Notes: generated from the letters alone by a model not told the origin. Numbered from the stretch's first letter, positions 28,894 to 41,800 are shown. The stretch: DNA of 64,000 nucleotides from Bigelowiella natans CCMP2755 (GCA_000320545.1 ADNK01003472.1:1-64000); one strand, 5' to 3'. Numbers and translations: made by a program.

Positions 28894-29245
28894 CTAGATA
28901 TATATATATATATATATATATATCACATTACGTCGTATCTATTGTCCTGGCCTCGCATTCGGAGCTTGAAATACAATCCCACAGCTGCTGCAATTCATCA
29001 GTGTACAATTGGCGTGATGTAGCAGACTGTACTGTGTGCAATCATGTGTGGGTAAAATGATTTATACAGCGATCTAGACAGGGTTGCATAATGACAAATC
29101 TTTAGCGTGACACGCATCACGCATCTGCTCATCTGTAAGGTCCTGACTTAGTTTGTCGTACGTGATGCTAGCGAGCACACAGAGTATTACTTACTAACCC
29201 CCATTGCAAAGACCACCTCCCAGCCAACAAAATATTTTTTTGTAA

Positions 29246-30225
29246 CTAAAAATCTTCGTCATCAAGCACGTCATCCTGAATGAGAAGAAGTTATCGTACA
29301 GGTCAATGTTTGTCCAAGATTTCTTTATTTTTAGGAAAAGACAAGCTGATCGACCTAACGTATGCAAGTGCTTTACTTATTACCTTTCGGACACTCTCAT
29401 AATGGTATTCTTGACTATTCTTTTCGCGAAGATACTGAAAGCAGCACCAACCACCGTCATACCATCAGCATCAGCATATATTTATAAATAGAACTTCTGA
29501 CCTACTTCGGATTAGTTGCACTATTTAAATCATCATTCTGTCCTCCCCCTTGAGCACTACTACTACTACTACTACTACTATACGAAGAATACTCTAAGCT
29601 AACCCCTGCAACTAACCTGATTAAACGCAGACGCTACTGCGGAAACTATGGCCCCAATAGGGTAACAAATGTGCTCTTGTTGCACAAGAGCTTCCCTTAA
29701 TTTGTTATATGGCTGATCTTCAACATCGAGCAAACCAAAAACTAGGCCTGTAAGAGAAAAAGAGAGCGTCACTTGAAGAAGGGGGAGGAGGAGGCAAGCA
29801 AAAGTAAATCTCAATGCAAAACAAGCAGCAAACTTAAAACTTGACAATCTACTTCACAATACCATCCTTACACCCTTATCACGAGGAGGCTGCTGCTGCA
29901 ACTACTACCACTACCACCACTACTACTACAAAGAGTGAAAAATGCTTGTAGTACCAAACAAAAATCCCAATACTGTAGCTGTTGCGACGATTAACAACAC
30001 CTAGATGTTGTAAAAGAAAACAAAAATGGGCTGTCTTACATTGATATTCTTTTCCGACATGATATCGGAGGATAACCTGCTCTTCGGTTTCAACTAAACA
30101 TGATATCGGAGGATAACCTGCTCTTCGGTTTCAACTAAACATGATATCGGAGGATAACCTGCTCTTCGGTTTCAACTAAAGCTTTCCCAGGGGTGGCCTG
30201 TGGTGATGGAGAAAAACACACACAT

Positions 30226-30260
<35 letters not shown>

Positions 30261-31667
30261 AATCATTAGCATCATTATTGCCATCTTATTATTGTTATCT
30301 CATATTACCCCGAACGATCCATAGCAGTAATTGACCAAATCAATAATCGAAAAAAGGAGCGCAAATGTCACAGCGATACCCAGAATTGAGTACAGAGGAA
30401 CCTGAAAGAGGGATATGAGCGGATTTTGATATAATGACGAATCATTATCCAATACAAAGTAGTTGCATAGTAGTAGTAGTAGTAGTAGTAGTAATAGTAG
30501 TAGTAGTAGCAGTAGGTGCATACCTTCGCTCCTCTGCTCATGTTAACCACCCAATTGCTTTCGAGGACAAAACAAAGGATGCCAGAAAACATTACCATTG
30601 CAGAAAATGTACCCAAAAGAATTGGTCGTGGATGCTCTCCTATTATGAAAGAAGAAGAGGAAATGTAACAAATTTATTTTTTACATATCAAGCTACAAAT
30701 TCTTCGTTCTCAACCCAATATAAACAACATTAATTGCTGATCTCGACAATTGCTTTCGCTTGCCCGTATCATCCATCATTTTGACAAGCTACATTGTTCT
30801 GCAATTACATTACCTGAATACACTCTGTACAGCATCCATGAGGATATAATCACGAATAAGACCCCGAAGTAAACGGCGAAGAATGCGTTCACGCTGTAAT
30901 AATACATACCACACCACATCCATAATCACAGTTACCACTCAGTGGAACAAGCCGCTTCTTTATATTCCATCATATACAACCACTGCGAAATCATGGCTAC
31001 ATTATTATCGCTACCTGATCTCAACCAGAGTGCAATTGACTGTGAATGAGATTATCACGCCAAGAAGCGCACCTACATGCAATGAAAGTCAATTCATTGA
31101 AACTAAACTTAGAAAGATCTCATAGGTTACCAATAAGAGCAGCAACAGCCATATTCAGCACCTAATGATTAAGATAGGAGGTAGAAAATGACGAATAAAA
31201 TAAGCCTCAAAATCTGGCAGCGACGTACATTACAAAAGTACCTGGGAATTCTCTAGGCCATCAATGCAAAGAGTCCGCTCTTCATCAGGACCATTGCTCG
31301 TCTTGCTAGCTCCAGGCATTGCTGCTCCACAAATTTGTTTGAGATGTCAGATAATGAGAAGTACATTATATTATAGGTGCCTCCTCCTCCTCCGCCTCCT
31401 CCTCCTCCTCCTCCTCCTCCTCATCATCATCATCATCATCATCGTATTACTCGTACCTTCTTGGGATGTTTGTTTGAATAATTCGATGTTAATGAGGAAT
31501 TAACATAAATGCCCTACATTTATCAAGAAAAAGGATCTACAATGCAAGACGCAATCAACTCTGGAATACCCATGAAGACGATTGGAAATGTCCTAGTTTT
31601 AGTTGTCGCAAGATAAAAATACCCATACACAGCACATACGAAGTAATACCAACAGCAACGTAGTCAT
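29246..31667 (-). CDS. Multi-pass membrane protein of unknown function, multi-exon
   Basis: Hydrophobic exons: GTFSAMVMFSGILCFVLE, VPLYSILGIAVTFALLFSIIDLVNY and GLVFGLLDVEDQ...ICYPIGAIVSAVASAFNQ. The last exons read YLREKNSQEYHYESVRK | DDVLDDEDF-stop. A hydrophobic leader follows the ATG at 31667. Confidence 0.7.
30058..30180. repeat. Perfect tandem triplication of a 41-bp unit spanning an exon/intron donor
   Basis: CATGATATCGGAGGATAACCTGCTCTTCGGTTTCAACTAAA x3. Confidence 0.95.
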
Positions 31668-32279
31668 TTCCGATCGCTTAAGACATGCTTTTAATCTACA
31701 TTTTGATAAAAAATGGTTGCATTTATGACAATGTCCTTCTGGAATCTACTACTGTCGCTACGACTTGCATTCTGAAACACCATGTCATACCAGCAAAGAA
31801 GACTAATTTTATTGAAGTGGGGGATAAAATAAACAGTGAGAAAACGCACAGATTTCATGTCGCATTGAAAAGATATTCGGCATTTTGGAGTAAATTAACT
31901 GGCAACTCTCAGATATATCTATGAAAGTAAGAATAGCAATTAAGGAGTATTTTCCCCTTTACAAGCCCTTTATTGTTGTCGTATTGAAATAGTAGAGGTT
32001 CACATGTATAAATTTGAATAATCTTATGCTATTTTTATCATCTGAAAAATTCTGTCTTCTGTCTGATCCTCTATCTGCACAGAAGCAGGATTCATCAGAC
32101 GAGACGGGTTACGGGCAACCGTCCCCACCCGAACCCGCCTAGACATAGCCTTACACCGGCACGTGTCTTACGTGTGTTTTGTGTTTGACTTTGTGCTTGT
32201 GCGTGGAACATTGTTCAAAGCAACCTCTATTTCTGGAAAATTTGGCACCGGTTCCCATCGTCCTTGCAGCGTTAGTATA

Positions 32280-33070
32280 ATGATGTCACTGAATTTGCGC
32301 TTCCACATTCCGGCGGCAATTCTTCTTCTGGCATCTTTGGCTCTCGCTATTACTACCCTGGTATTTCAAACAATAATCGAATCCGAGTCAGAAAACCGAC
32401 ACATGACTAGAAGTACCACCTATGTTCTTCAATTAGGTTGAGAGTGCATGGGCCTCAATCTCTTCATCCGAAGAGAACATGTTTACATTTGGACTTATTG
32501 GATATACTCACCAGGTATACTTGAATAGGTATGCATTGCGGTGGTTAGGCACGCCATGCATCACATTGAAATGTAACCACCACGTGATCACACCACAGTC
32601 GCACACGCGGACTTAACACACTACGAACGGATGTATTTATATGTGTGTTTGTGTGTTTAGGCGTGTGTTCTCTTGCAGAGAGGAGTGCATGTTGTGAGTT
32701 GTTGAGTTGGATGTTGTTCGTTTAAATTAGATCGGCGGTAGCTCAACATGGACAGCATACATCAAAGACGAAGATGCGCATTCCCTTCTTAAGGCTGGTT
32801 CAATACAGGTTGTTATTACTACATAGGAACTCCATATTTACTTACATCTTATTATCACATCAAGTAATGGTTATGATAATCTGTAGATTTGCCTTCTGGT
32901 GTTTGGAATGTCCTTAAATTTGCTTGGAATCTATGCGCTTCTTCAGCTTCTTGTAAGCATAATCAAAAGGAAGGGAAAGGGAGGAAGAAAACTTCAAGAA
33001 TGAACCAACAGACTTTTATAAATATGTTAACGTTTTATAACTCTCTCTCTCTTGTCCCCCCCCCCCCCCC

Positions 33071-33116
<46 letters not shown>

Positions 33117-35202
33117 CCTGCTTTCGACAGCGAAGAAATACAGAAGATAGTGGACGACAGCATTCATCAAATCGGAGATGCTGCCGCTGCTGCTGCCTAG
33201 GAGCATCCTCATCCTCATCGCTATCATATTCTTGCTCACTATCCTCATGGATGGCTATGGGGCCCTTCATTTCCTTGCTTGCTTGTACAAGCTTCGTTGC
33301 TGCAAGTAACACAAATAATATCTAGGAAATCTGAAGAATAGTAATGATTAAGAGAAATTAGAATCATGCAACTATTTACTATACTGTAAGGCAAAGCATA
33401 ATATAAAAACGTTCATTATCAAAATACGATTATGGTTATGATTTTGATGATCGATTTTTAATGTTATCATGTGAAAATATTTGTCTGACTAATGGACTTT
33501 TGTTTGTCTCTTCTTCTACCAACAACTATTTCCTCTTCGATCTTCCTTTATCACCCCCTTAGCTATCACCTGGCCACTTGTAGGAGTAGAAGCTACAGAA
33601 ATATTCTTCAAAAAAGCCCAGGATTCTCCTGCCAAGGTACTTCGTTTATTTATTGCCTCATTACAAGTTATTTCCTATTGGTAATTATTTCATCACCTGA
33701 CTATTCCTATCTCTTTCCATTATATAATAATTAATTAATGCAGGCCTCTCTTGGATGGTGCCATACGCTAGCAATACTTTCTGCCTTGTGCTCACTGGTA
33801 GTAAATAATTAATTTTATTGCTACTATCACCATGATGAAGACGAATAAAGTTGATGATATGAGAACAACACGCAACTACTTCGTCATCATGGCAGCCGAC
33901 ACAATGACATCACTTTACTTTCAGCTGTGGGTGCTCTCTTCTCACTAAAAGCACTTTATTGATATATTCTGTCAGGGCGGCGCAATTATATCCTTTTTTT
34001 TCCTCCGATTCGCCAAAACGCAACATCTTTCAGGAGGAACCACATCGATTTTCTACAAAAACGTCAACGAAGAAAAGTAATATGCGTATTGTGATTTTGT
34101 TTCAATAGCGGATGTTCGTTACATGTGACAGTAGGTACCCCCCCACCCCCCCCCACCCCTCTCTATCTTTCTCATACACACGCATGCACTGGTATATATT
34201 GTATAATTGACTTCCTCAATTCTTGCTGAACCTATTGAAGGTCTGGTGATGACTCCTTCGATGTAGAGGCATCTCTCGGCTCAATAGACGAGAATGAAGA
34301 GGTAGCTGCTAATGTTTGATGATGGCGGTATTTCAGAGAATTTCAATTTCCCTTTTTAACAATATAAATAAATATATATTAAATAAAAAATATGTATATG
34401 TGCACATCTATGTATTAATACCTGTTTTTAAACGACGGTAACAAAAACCCATTATGCTAACTAAAATGGATCATCATCCGCAGATGGATGGTAACAATTG
34501 TGATGACTCTCCACGTTCATCGCCTCACATATCCATGATGAGCAAGATCATTGCTAAGGTAGTTGTAGTAGTAGTAGTAGTAGTAGTTCCACTTCATTTT
34601 GTTTTTTAATAGAGTATTAGTATCAGCAATTTAGTAGTAAAACAGGGAATCTAAAGATAGACAAATAATATACTGCGGTGGTTGTGTGAGATGAGAAAGT
34701 GTCTATTTAATCTGATAAGCAACATTTCGACCAAGATGAAAACAAAACTACTCCAATATTAAATGATATTTCTTGGAATATAAGGGTTACCTGATGCTGT
34801 TATTAGGTCACAAAACCATTCAGAAAGCATCCTGTACCTCAGAGATATGATAAAGTCAAATTAGACAATAGCATGGAAATGCTGGAGTCACAGTCTGTAA
34901 AAAATCTCGCACGGGCTAGCTCTTCTTTTTCTTCTTCTTCTTCTAGCTGTAGACCTGCGGATGTGTTGAATCCATTTGCTACTCATACCGACCACAAGGT
35001 GGAAGACTATATACTGCAGCAAAAGAAGAAGAACAAGAGCAACAGTGATGGTAAAGAGGAGAACGGTGAAGATGACATTGGCGCTATCCCAGACAATGTG
35101 CACACGACATCGTCGTTAGGCTTAATAAGTCCGAAACAGGTCATTTCTGCGGTTATTGCCAACGGCGACTGGAGAGACGAGATATCTGAGGAAGACATTT
35201 AA
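32280..35202 (+). CDS. Hypothetical protein(s) with N-terminal signal anchor, multi-exon (may be two genes)
   Basis: MMSLNLRFHIPAAILLLASLALAITTLVF leader, several AG/GT-bounded open exons, and a terminal exon ending DWRDEISEEDI-stop at 35202. No family recognised. Confidence 0.45.
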
Positions 35203-36113
35203 AATCAAATAGGAAAATCACTTGTGTGGTAGTTTGCTTGCGACATGGTGCGTTCGCCATTCAAACGTGGCTGTATGCGGTGATGACCACGAGCTAGCTA
35301 GCCACGTCAGCTATCACTCAAATGTTCAACGATCTCATAAAAAAGCGGGAATTTACATCTGTTTCTGGTTAACATTTCTTGAGAATGCTACGTTGTTTCG
35401 TCTAGTTCGAACATCGTTTTTGGCCACGAACCGTCGCAGCAACGGCAACTGTGCTAGTTCGCACATCGCATGAAAATGTCTTGCATTGTAGGCACAATGT
35501 TGCACCATCAGATGACGCGATCATTTTTCACTTACTTGTACATCTAGATGTTGCAACTGGGCTTCCGTGCACTTGCAGACGACTAGACAAACGATCATGC
35601 TGACATCGGTGTTGACGAAACGAACCATTGATCGACCGGCCCACGCGCCCATCAGCAATGTTTCATGCGTGCACACATCTAGACATGCAGAGCAGCACGA
35701 GCATCGCGCATGCATGCATGACTGCGAGGCAACTTGCGTCTGGACATCACTAGAACGTGCTGGTTTGGTGTGTTGAACGTGAAACACGCGTGGCGACGTG
35801 CACACGATCGACAGAAGCGCACGGGCAGGATCCATGCAAGAATTTCAGAAAGGTGCAGCAGGAGGGATCATCAGAAGTGCTCTCCAGGCGAGGACGACAT
35901 TGCTCAGGTTTGCCTCGCTCGCAGCTCGCTGCGCTCGTTGCTCACTCGGCAAATCTCCGGCTCTGTCGCCATTGTTGCCATGCTGTCCCAGCCTGCAAAG
36001 GTGATGCGATTTCCAGATGTTGCATGTTTTGGCGCCAACAGCATTGCAAAATTGCCTGAGTGTGATCAGATTTCCCACGCCCCGGTCGTTTCAGTCCTAG
36101 GCGCCATCACTGG

Positions 36114-38130
36114 ATGTCCCAACAAGACAACGACTCCCTAGCAGCAGCAGCCGGGACAACAGAAGAGAAGAAAAACTCACTTTCAGACCTCCTGCGCCAA
36201 ACAGAGACTTTGGAACAAGAGGAAGCAGCTGGTCTCGACAAATTCGCAGGACTTCGCATCACCCATGCCACGGACTTTTCACCGTTGAAGCCCAGCACGT
36301 GCAAGGCAGTGCGTGAAAAACTCCAGCTTTGCACGGATCTTCCGAAGCCTCCTGCGCTCGGTTCCCTTGGTTTCCTGGTGAAGAAAGGTTCAGGAGACAT
36401 CAAAGAGACAATCGAGGACAGCTGGACAGCTGATTGCCCACCTGCGCCGCAGCTTGCGGCGTGCATGTGCACCTCACACAACTCCTCGAAACAGAAGCAA
36501 TCCCAGAAGACCACGAGATTTTCAAAGCGGCCAGGCGTCTCATCCTTGTCGCGTCCAACGCGCCAGCTCGCAACCCACAAACGTGCAAGTGCATTGCTCG
36601 TGAACAAGTCCTCAAGTCCACGCCAAAACTAGGCAACTCCAGGGACCAAGTTTTGTCTGAATCCGGAGCCAAAGAGATCAACACAGAACTCGACACCCTC
36701 AACAAGCTGCAATGCAAGGCAGGAGCTCCTCGCTCGCAACCCACGCAACGCGGATTCATCTCGCGCTTCCCTTCCCGCTGCCAGCAACACCGTTGCCCAG
36801 GCATCCCTTGCCGACCTGGGAGCAGAGGAGGCGGTGCCGACGCAGAGGCCGTGGTCGAGGACGCAGGGGTTTCGGTCGCCAATGATCCATCCACGCCACA
36901 GAGACCCGCTCTCGGCGACGAGGATTCTGCGTCTGCATCGAGCTTTCACACAGTCAGGAAGCGGCCTGACCAAATCAGTGCACAATCAGGGATGCAACAC
37001 CCGCTTCGCAAAGAAGCCGAACCTGATCCGTCCCTCTGCAGCACCAGGAGGATGCAAGGACGAAGCTCTCCTCGGAGAAGGGAAGAAACTCGAGGCAAGA
37101 GGCATCGCACGCCGAGTCTTGAACGATGGTCCCGGGTTCATCTCTCCTTCCTTCTTGATCCCTGAGAAAAGTGAAAAAGAATGGCGGTTGATGTCAGATC
37201 TCAGGAAGCTTGATGCTTGCTGCTTCCATCAGCGTGTGAAAACGCGTGGTTTGCAGTTTGCACCACACTCTTCAAGGCATGCAACACAACCAATGGTTTG
37301 TCTCCATGGACGTGAAAGGTGGACGTTTTGGTGTGCCCACAGCAGAAGAGCACAAAAAGTGTTTCCGTTTCAAAGTGGGAACAGAGACCTTCGAACTCGA
37401 ACGGCTCCCCGTGGGATTCCAAGGCTCAGCAGAAGCGTTCCGCACCTGGTTGAAACCACATTGTCCACTTTTGCAAACACCACGTCACTCCAGCACTCAC
37501 TTCCCACAGTGGACATCTTCGATCACGTTGCAGATGACGTCTTGTTCTCCCTGCCCAGGTCAGGGGCTCGGGAGGCTCACATTCTCGCACACCGCATCCA
37601 ACAGGCGTGGTTTTCACTCAATTTGCCTCTCAAAGAGGCCAAGAGCTCTTTTCGACCCTCTCGCACCATCGAGCATTTGGGGTTCGTCGTTTCTTCACGT
37701 TCTGTGACGACACGCGCACCGAAAGAGCAGAAAGCCAAGAAAGTTCTCAAACAGGTTCGAAAATGCCCACGGAAAGCGTCGTCGGGTCTCGTCCGCCTCA
37801 GCATCATCGCCTCGACTGTGGGGATGGTCATGGCATTGTTGCCAGCAGTCAACGAAGGCAGGCTTCACACTTGTCATCTCTGCGAACTGCAAACCAAAGT
37901 GGTCCGGCGCTCAGGTTGGAACGCCACATCCAAAGGCTTACTTGGGGCAGGCCCCAGGAGCGAACCACAGTGGTGGGAAATGCACCTCATCACCACTAGA
38001 AAAGAGAGGCCTCTCGACGCAGCTTGCAGGTCGCATGACCTCACCGTTTGTGCAAGCGACGCGTCAGACAATGCAATCGCTGGCGTGCTGATTTCGGATG
38101 CGGGTTCACCTTGTTGGTGCCGACATTGTG
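36114..38130 (+). mobile_element. Decayed DIRS-like (tyrosine-recombinase class) retrotransposon: gag-like region, then RT and the start of RNase H; frameshifted, truncated, hypermutated
   Basis: GPGFISPSFLIPEKSEKEWRLMSDLRKLD, WFVSMDVKGGRFGVP..EHKKCFRF..LPVGFQGSAEAFRTWLKP, ADDVL, KSSFRPSRTIEHLGF, EPQWW and VCASDASD match the DIRS RT/RH motif series. The overlapping upstream ORF is typical of DIRS. No MT or YR domain is visible. Confidence 0.8.
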
Positions 38131-38530
38131 ATGAAATGTGCACATGCACGTGGTGTTGCAATCCAATGGAAGTGTGCACGCACAACGTGCCACACTTGTG
38201 AAAATGCCAGGTGGCTTGCAAAAATCAAACTTGAAAGTGTTTCTTCAATTCAAAATTGAATGCATTGTTTGCAACGAAACTTTTGCTTTTGCGATGCAAC
38301 GGAACACTTCAAAATCATTTCGTGAACAAAGCATCACGTGGAAAATCAAAAGTTCTCTCCTCGCAGCCAGCGTGCACAAACGGTGTGCACTCATCAATCA
38401 TCTTGTCCGTTCTTCTGCCGAGACAGGGCCAAAACGGGAACCGGAGGCATTTCTGCAACAAACCAGGTGCATTTCCATGGTCTTCGTGTGTGCCGTGACA
38501 ACAACCACCACACGTGGCCATCGCGTGTCA

Positions 38531-38856
38531 TGTAGCGCGTACCACTACGCGGGCACAAGTCACGTGCGACAACAAAGGGGTTGTCGCGGATATAGAATAT
38601 AGATAACGTAGATATTAATACAGCATAGGCACGTGGGTTCCGGCGGGACTCATGGCAGCACACCGGAAGTGTGCTGCCCCACGTGCGGCGGCATTCGCGA
38701 AAGCTTCGCGAATGATTACGCAGTGCACGATTTAATAAAAATATAATCTTTAATAAAAATAAACACAACTCTTCAAAAGGAAGCAAACGTGCCTTTCCCC
38801 CCCCCTGCCTACTTGTGCACGTAGCGCCTCGGCCTGTGAACACCTTACGCGCAACA
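38531..38856 (+). repeat. 5' LTR of Gypsy copy 1
   Basis: TGTAGCGCGTA...TACGCGCAACA imperfect terminal inverted repeat and AATAAA signals. Identical by eye to the other three LTRs. Confidence 0.97.
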
Positions 38857-38861
38857 ACCTT

Positions 38862-38879
38862 TGGCTTCCACACACGGGA
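38862..38879 (+). promoter_or_regulatory. Primer-binding site (tRNA 3'-end complement, Glu/Asp-like)
   Basis: TGGCTTCCACACACGGGA, 5 nt after the LTR. Its reverse complement ends ...TGTGGAAGCCA. Confidence 0.7.
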
Positions 38880-38895
38880 AACGATTTGACTAACA

Positions 38896-41800
38896 ATGTC
38901 ACAGCAGCTAGAAGAACAGCAGGACTTTGGCTCGCAGGCCGTGCAAGGGCACGAGCAGAAACAGGAAAGGAAGGGCGATACGGACGCTAAGGAAGGAGGA
39001 GGAACACCTCCACAGGCACCGCCGGGACCAGCACCCGGGATTAAGAAAGCAGATGCAGCAGCAGAGGCACTGGAGAACTTCTACGAGGCGGACGACGAGG
39101 ACGTGGCCGCCGAAAGCAAGAAGGTCGTAATGGCATTACGAGCCTTGCGACCCAGGGCGAGCAACTACGCCAAACTGAAAGTATCGATAGAATACAAGTA
39201 TCAGACACATGATGTTTGGGCAGCTATCATGCAGGACATCATGGATTACGAAGCAGACTTACCTCCAGAGTGGGCAGCTTTGTTTAGGAACGACGGGGGT
39301 CTGGGCGCCTCGCGGGGGACGACCCAGAGCACCGTCAAGCAGCAGCAGCCGGTACAGCGGAACACCCAGTTCATGTCTGTTAAAACAGCACCGGTTATGA
39401 TAACGAAATACAACGGGAAAAGAGGTGAGGCAAGGAGGTGGTGGAAGAACGCTAGGAGTATACTCTGCGACTTTACCCCTAACCCCACCGAAAACGACAA
39501 GCTCAAATGGCTAGCTATAATAAAGCAAGCCATGGACCTTTACGAGACAGGCAGGACCCGGATCAGGCAGCTAGAGAAAATACACACTACAGTTAGTGGG
39601 CTACGAGACGTTGAGGCGATAATGAAGGCTTTTGTAAATGAACAGGATGCTAACTCCCTACCCCAGGCTATTAGAAAATACAGAGCAATGATGCAGCATG
39701 AGAGAGAACCTGTTAGAGACTTTGCCACGCGCTTCCAGGATATGATCGACGAACTACATGATTTTAATTACAACACAGGTGATGATCAGGCAAGGTTTGA
39801 AGAGTTCAAGTTAAAGATAAAGGAATCCACTTACGTTACGGAGAAAGGCTACACCACGATGGAGGCAGCAGTGCAGGCTATATCCCTACGCGAGCAGGAG
39901 CAGGACCGCAAGTTTACCAGCCCTAAGGTACCTGGCATAGGAAACATTAACGCTATTAAGCCGCAGCGAGACTGGTACAAGGACAGGGAAGGTAACCGAC
40001 GTTGCGGATACTGCTCACGTAAAGGGAAACACACCGCTAAAGACTGCAGAGACAGGAAAGAAGGACGACCCAGGATGACGATCAGGCAGCTCAACGAACA
40101 CTACGAGAAGTTAAAGAGAAAGAAAGGCAGAGGACAAGGATATAACAACAGCAAATGGCAAGGCAGCAACAACGGGAAGAACAATAAATATAAGAACAAA
40201 AAGCAGAACAGTATCAATGCTATACAGCAGCAGATAAACGGAATATTAGATCACCTTAAGCAGGCGCCGACGAAGACAGCAGTACCAGCAACGCAGGACC
40301 AAGACAAGCCCATGACCCTAGACGACATAAAGAACTTAGGAGTATGCAACATTAATGACGAAGACGCTAACAGGACTATCAAAGTTGCTATGACCAAGGT
40401 TAAAGTTAAAGACAGCTACGGAGACTACAAGAAACTACCTGCCCTTTGGGATAGTGGCAGCATGCCGAAGTCCTTCATAAGCCTAAGCACAGTAAGAAGG
40501 TTAGGACTATTGGATCAAGTGACTAAGAAAGAACGTAAATATGCTCAAGCAGACGGAAGCTCTTCCATGAAGACCGTCGGTGAGCTAATGCTAAAGCTAC
40601 AGATACCTGGCAGCGACGCGGAGACCCAAATCAAGACCCGAGTAGCCATGACTTTATCCATGGAACTACTCCTCGGACAGGATGCCCTAGAAAAATTAGG
40701 GGGGATCATATCATTCTACAATCACAAGATATACTTTGCTAAGTTGCCAAAGAAGTCAGGCAGGACCATCAGCCAGAACATGATACGGCTTGACGAGTGG
40801 ACCTCTGAGTCAAGCGTTAATGCGTTAGAGTTTATGGACCTAGCGGACAACAAGCTACCTACACCTACCGAGCTACGGAAGAAGAACCCCGGCAAGACCA
40901 TCCGACAGATAACGGAGCTACTGGACAAGACCCCCCCAGCTGATGATTGGGATATCGACAAAGGCAAAAAGTACATTAATAAAATATTAAACGAGAAGTA
41001 CTCTGACATCACCAAGCCGACGACGAAGCCCTCCAGCAAGCTTACCCCAGTAAAGATCGAGCTAAAGAAGGGATACGAAGAGTGCATCATCAATGACCCA
41101 GAACATAGGCGACCGGAAGCGGACTGGGAAAAGATAGAGTGGCAGATCAATGAATGGGCAAAGGAAGGGAAGATAGAGCCAAGCAACTCACCATGGAACG
41201 TGAGACATGTGCTAGCTAAGAAACCTACTTACCCTTTCTTCCGCCTGGCGCACAACTTCATCCGCCACAACCGAGTAATAAAGAGGATCCAGACACCTAC
41301 ACCAAGGATAGATGACGTTATTGAACACGTCATAGGATACAAATACTACTCTTCCCTAGATAAAAATGAATCATACATGCAGACACCCATCCACAAAACC
41401 TCCCGCCCCATTACCGCGTTCTCCAGCAGGCACAGGAAGTGGCACTTCGTCGTATTCCCTTACGGCCTAAGCATATCAGGGGATGCGTTCAGTAGTCAGA
41501 ACTACAGGGCATACACACATGATGGGATGGCGTCTGTGTTGTGGGTGTTTGTGTTTGTGTATGTGGATGATGACATAATATGTACCAACACAGTCGTCGC
41601 TCAGATCTTCCTCCTGGAAAATATATTTATTAGGTTTGCACACTTCGGTTTTACTATTAGACTGCAGAAGTGTACATTCCTAGCTACAAGAATCAAGTGG
41701 TGTGGATATTACCTGGAGCAAGGCCGCATCACCCCAAACCCCGAGAAAGTAGCAGCACTACAGCAAGCCCCTAAACCTAAGAATGCAAAGGAGTTAAAGT

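Noticed and set aside
30058-30180. CRISPR-like array
   Set aside because: Head-to-tail repeats with no spacers, in a eukaryotic gene, with no cas genes.
35480-38530. CpG-methylation decay or classical RIP as the cause of the TG/CA excess
   Set aside because: CpG remains abundant. C->T processes do not remove TA (RIP creates it), and the amino-acid changes (Y->C/H/R, L->S/P, I->M/T, K->E, N->D) require A->G/T->C.
35521-38535. Many overlapping Cys/His-rich ORFs in all six frames (also at 16.9-17.9 and 48.7-50.8 kb)
   Set aside because: An artefact of losing TAA/TAG stop codons and Tyr codons in TA-free DNA; not genes.
38394-38873. Antisense ORF across the LTRs (also 43874-44233, 50720-51286, 56288-56701)
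   Set aside because: It recurs only because the LTR is repeated. Start and stop differ with each flank, and no domain is recognisable.
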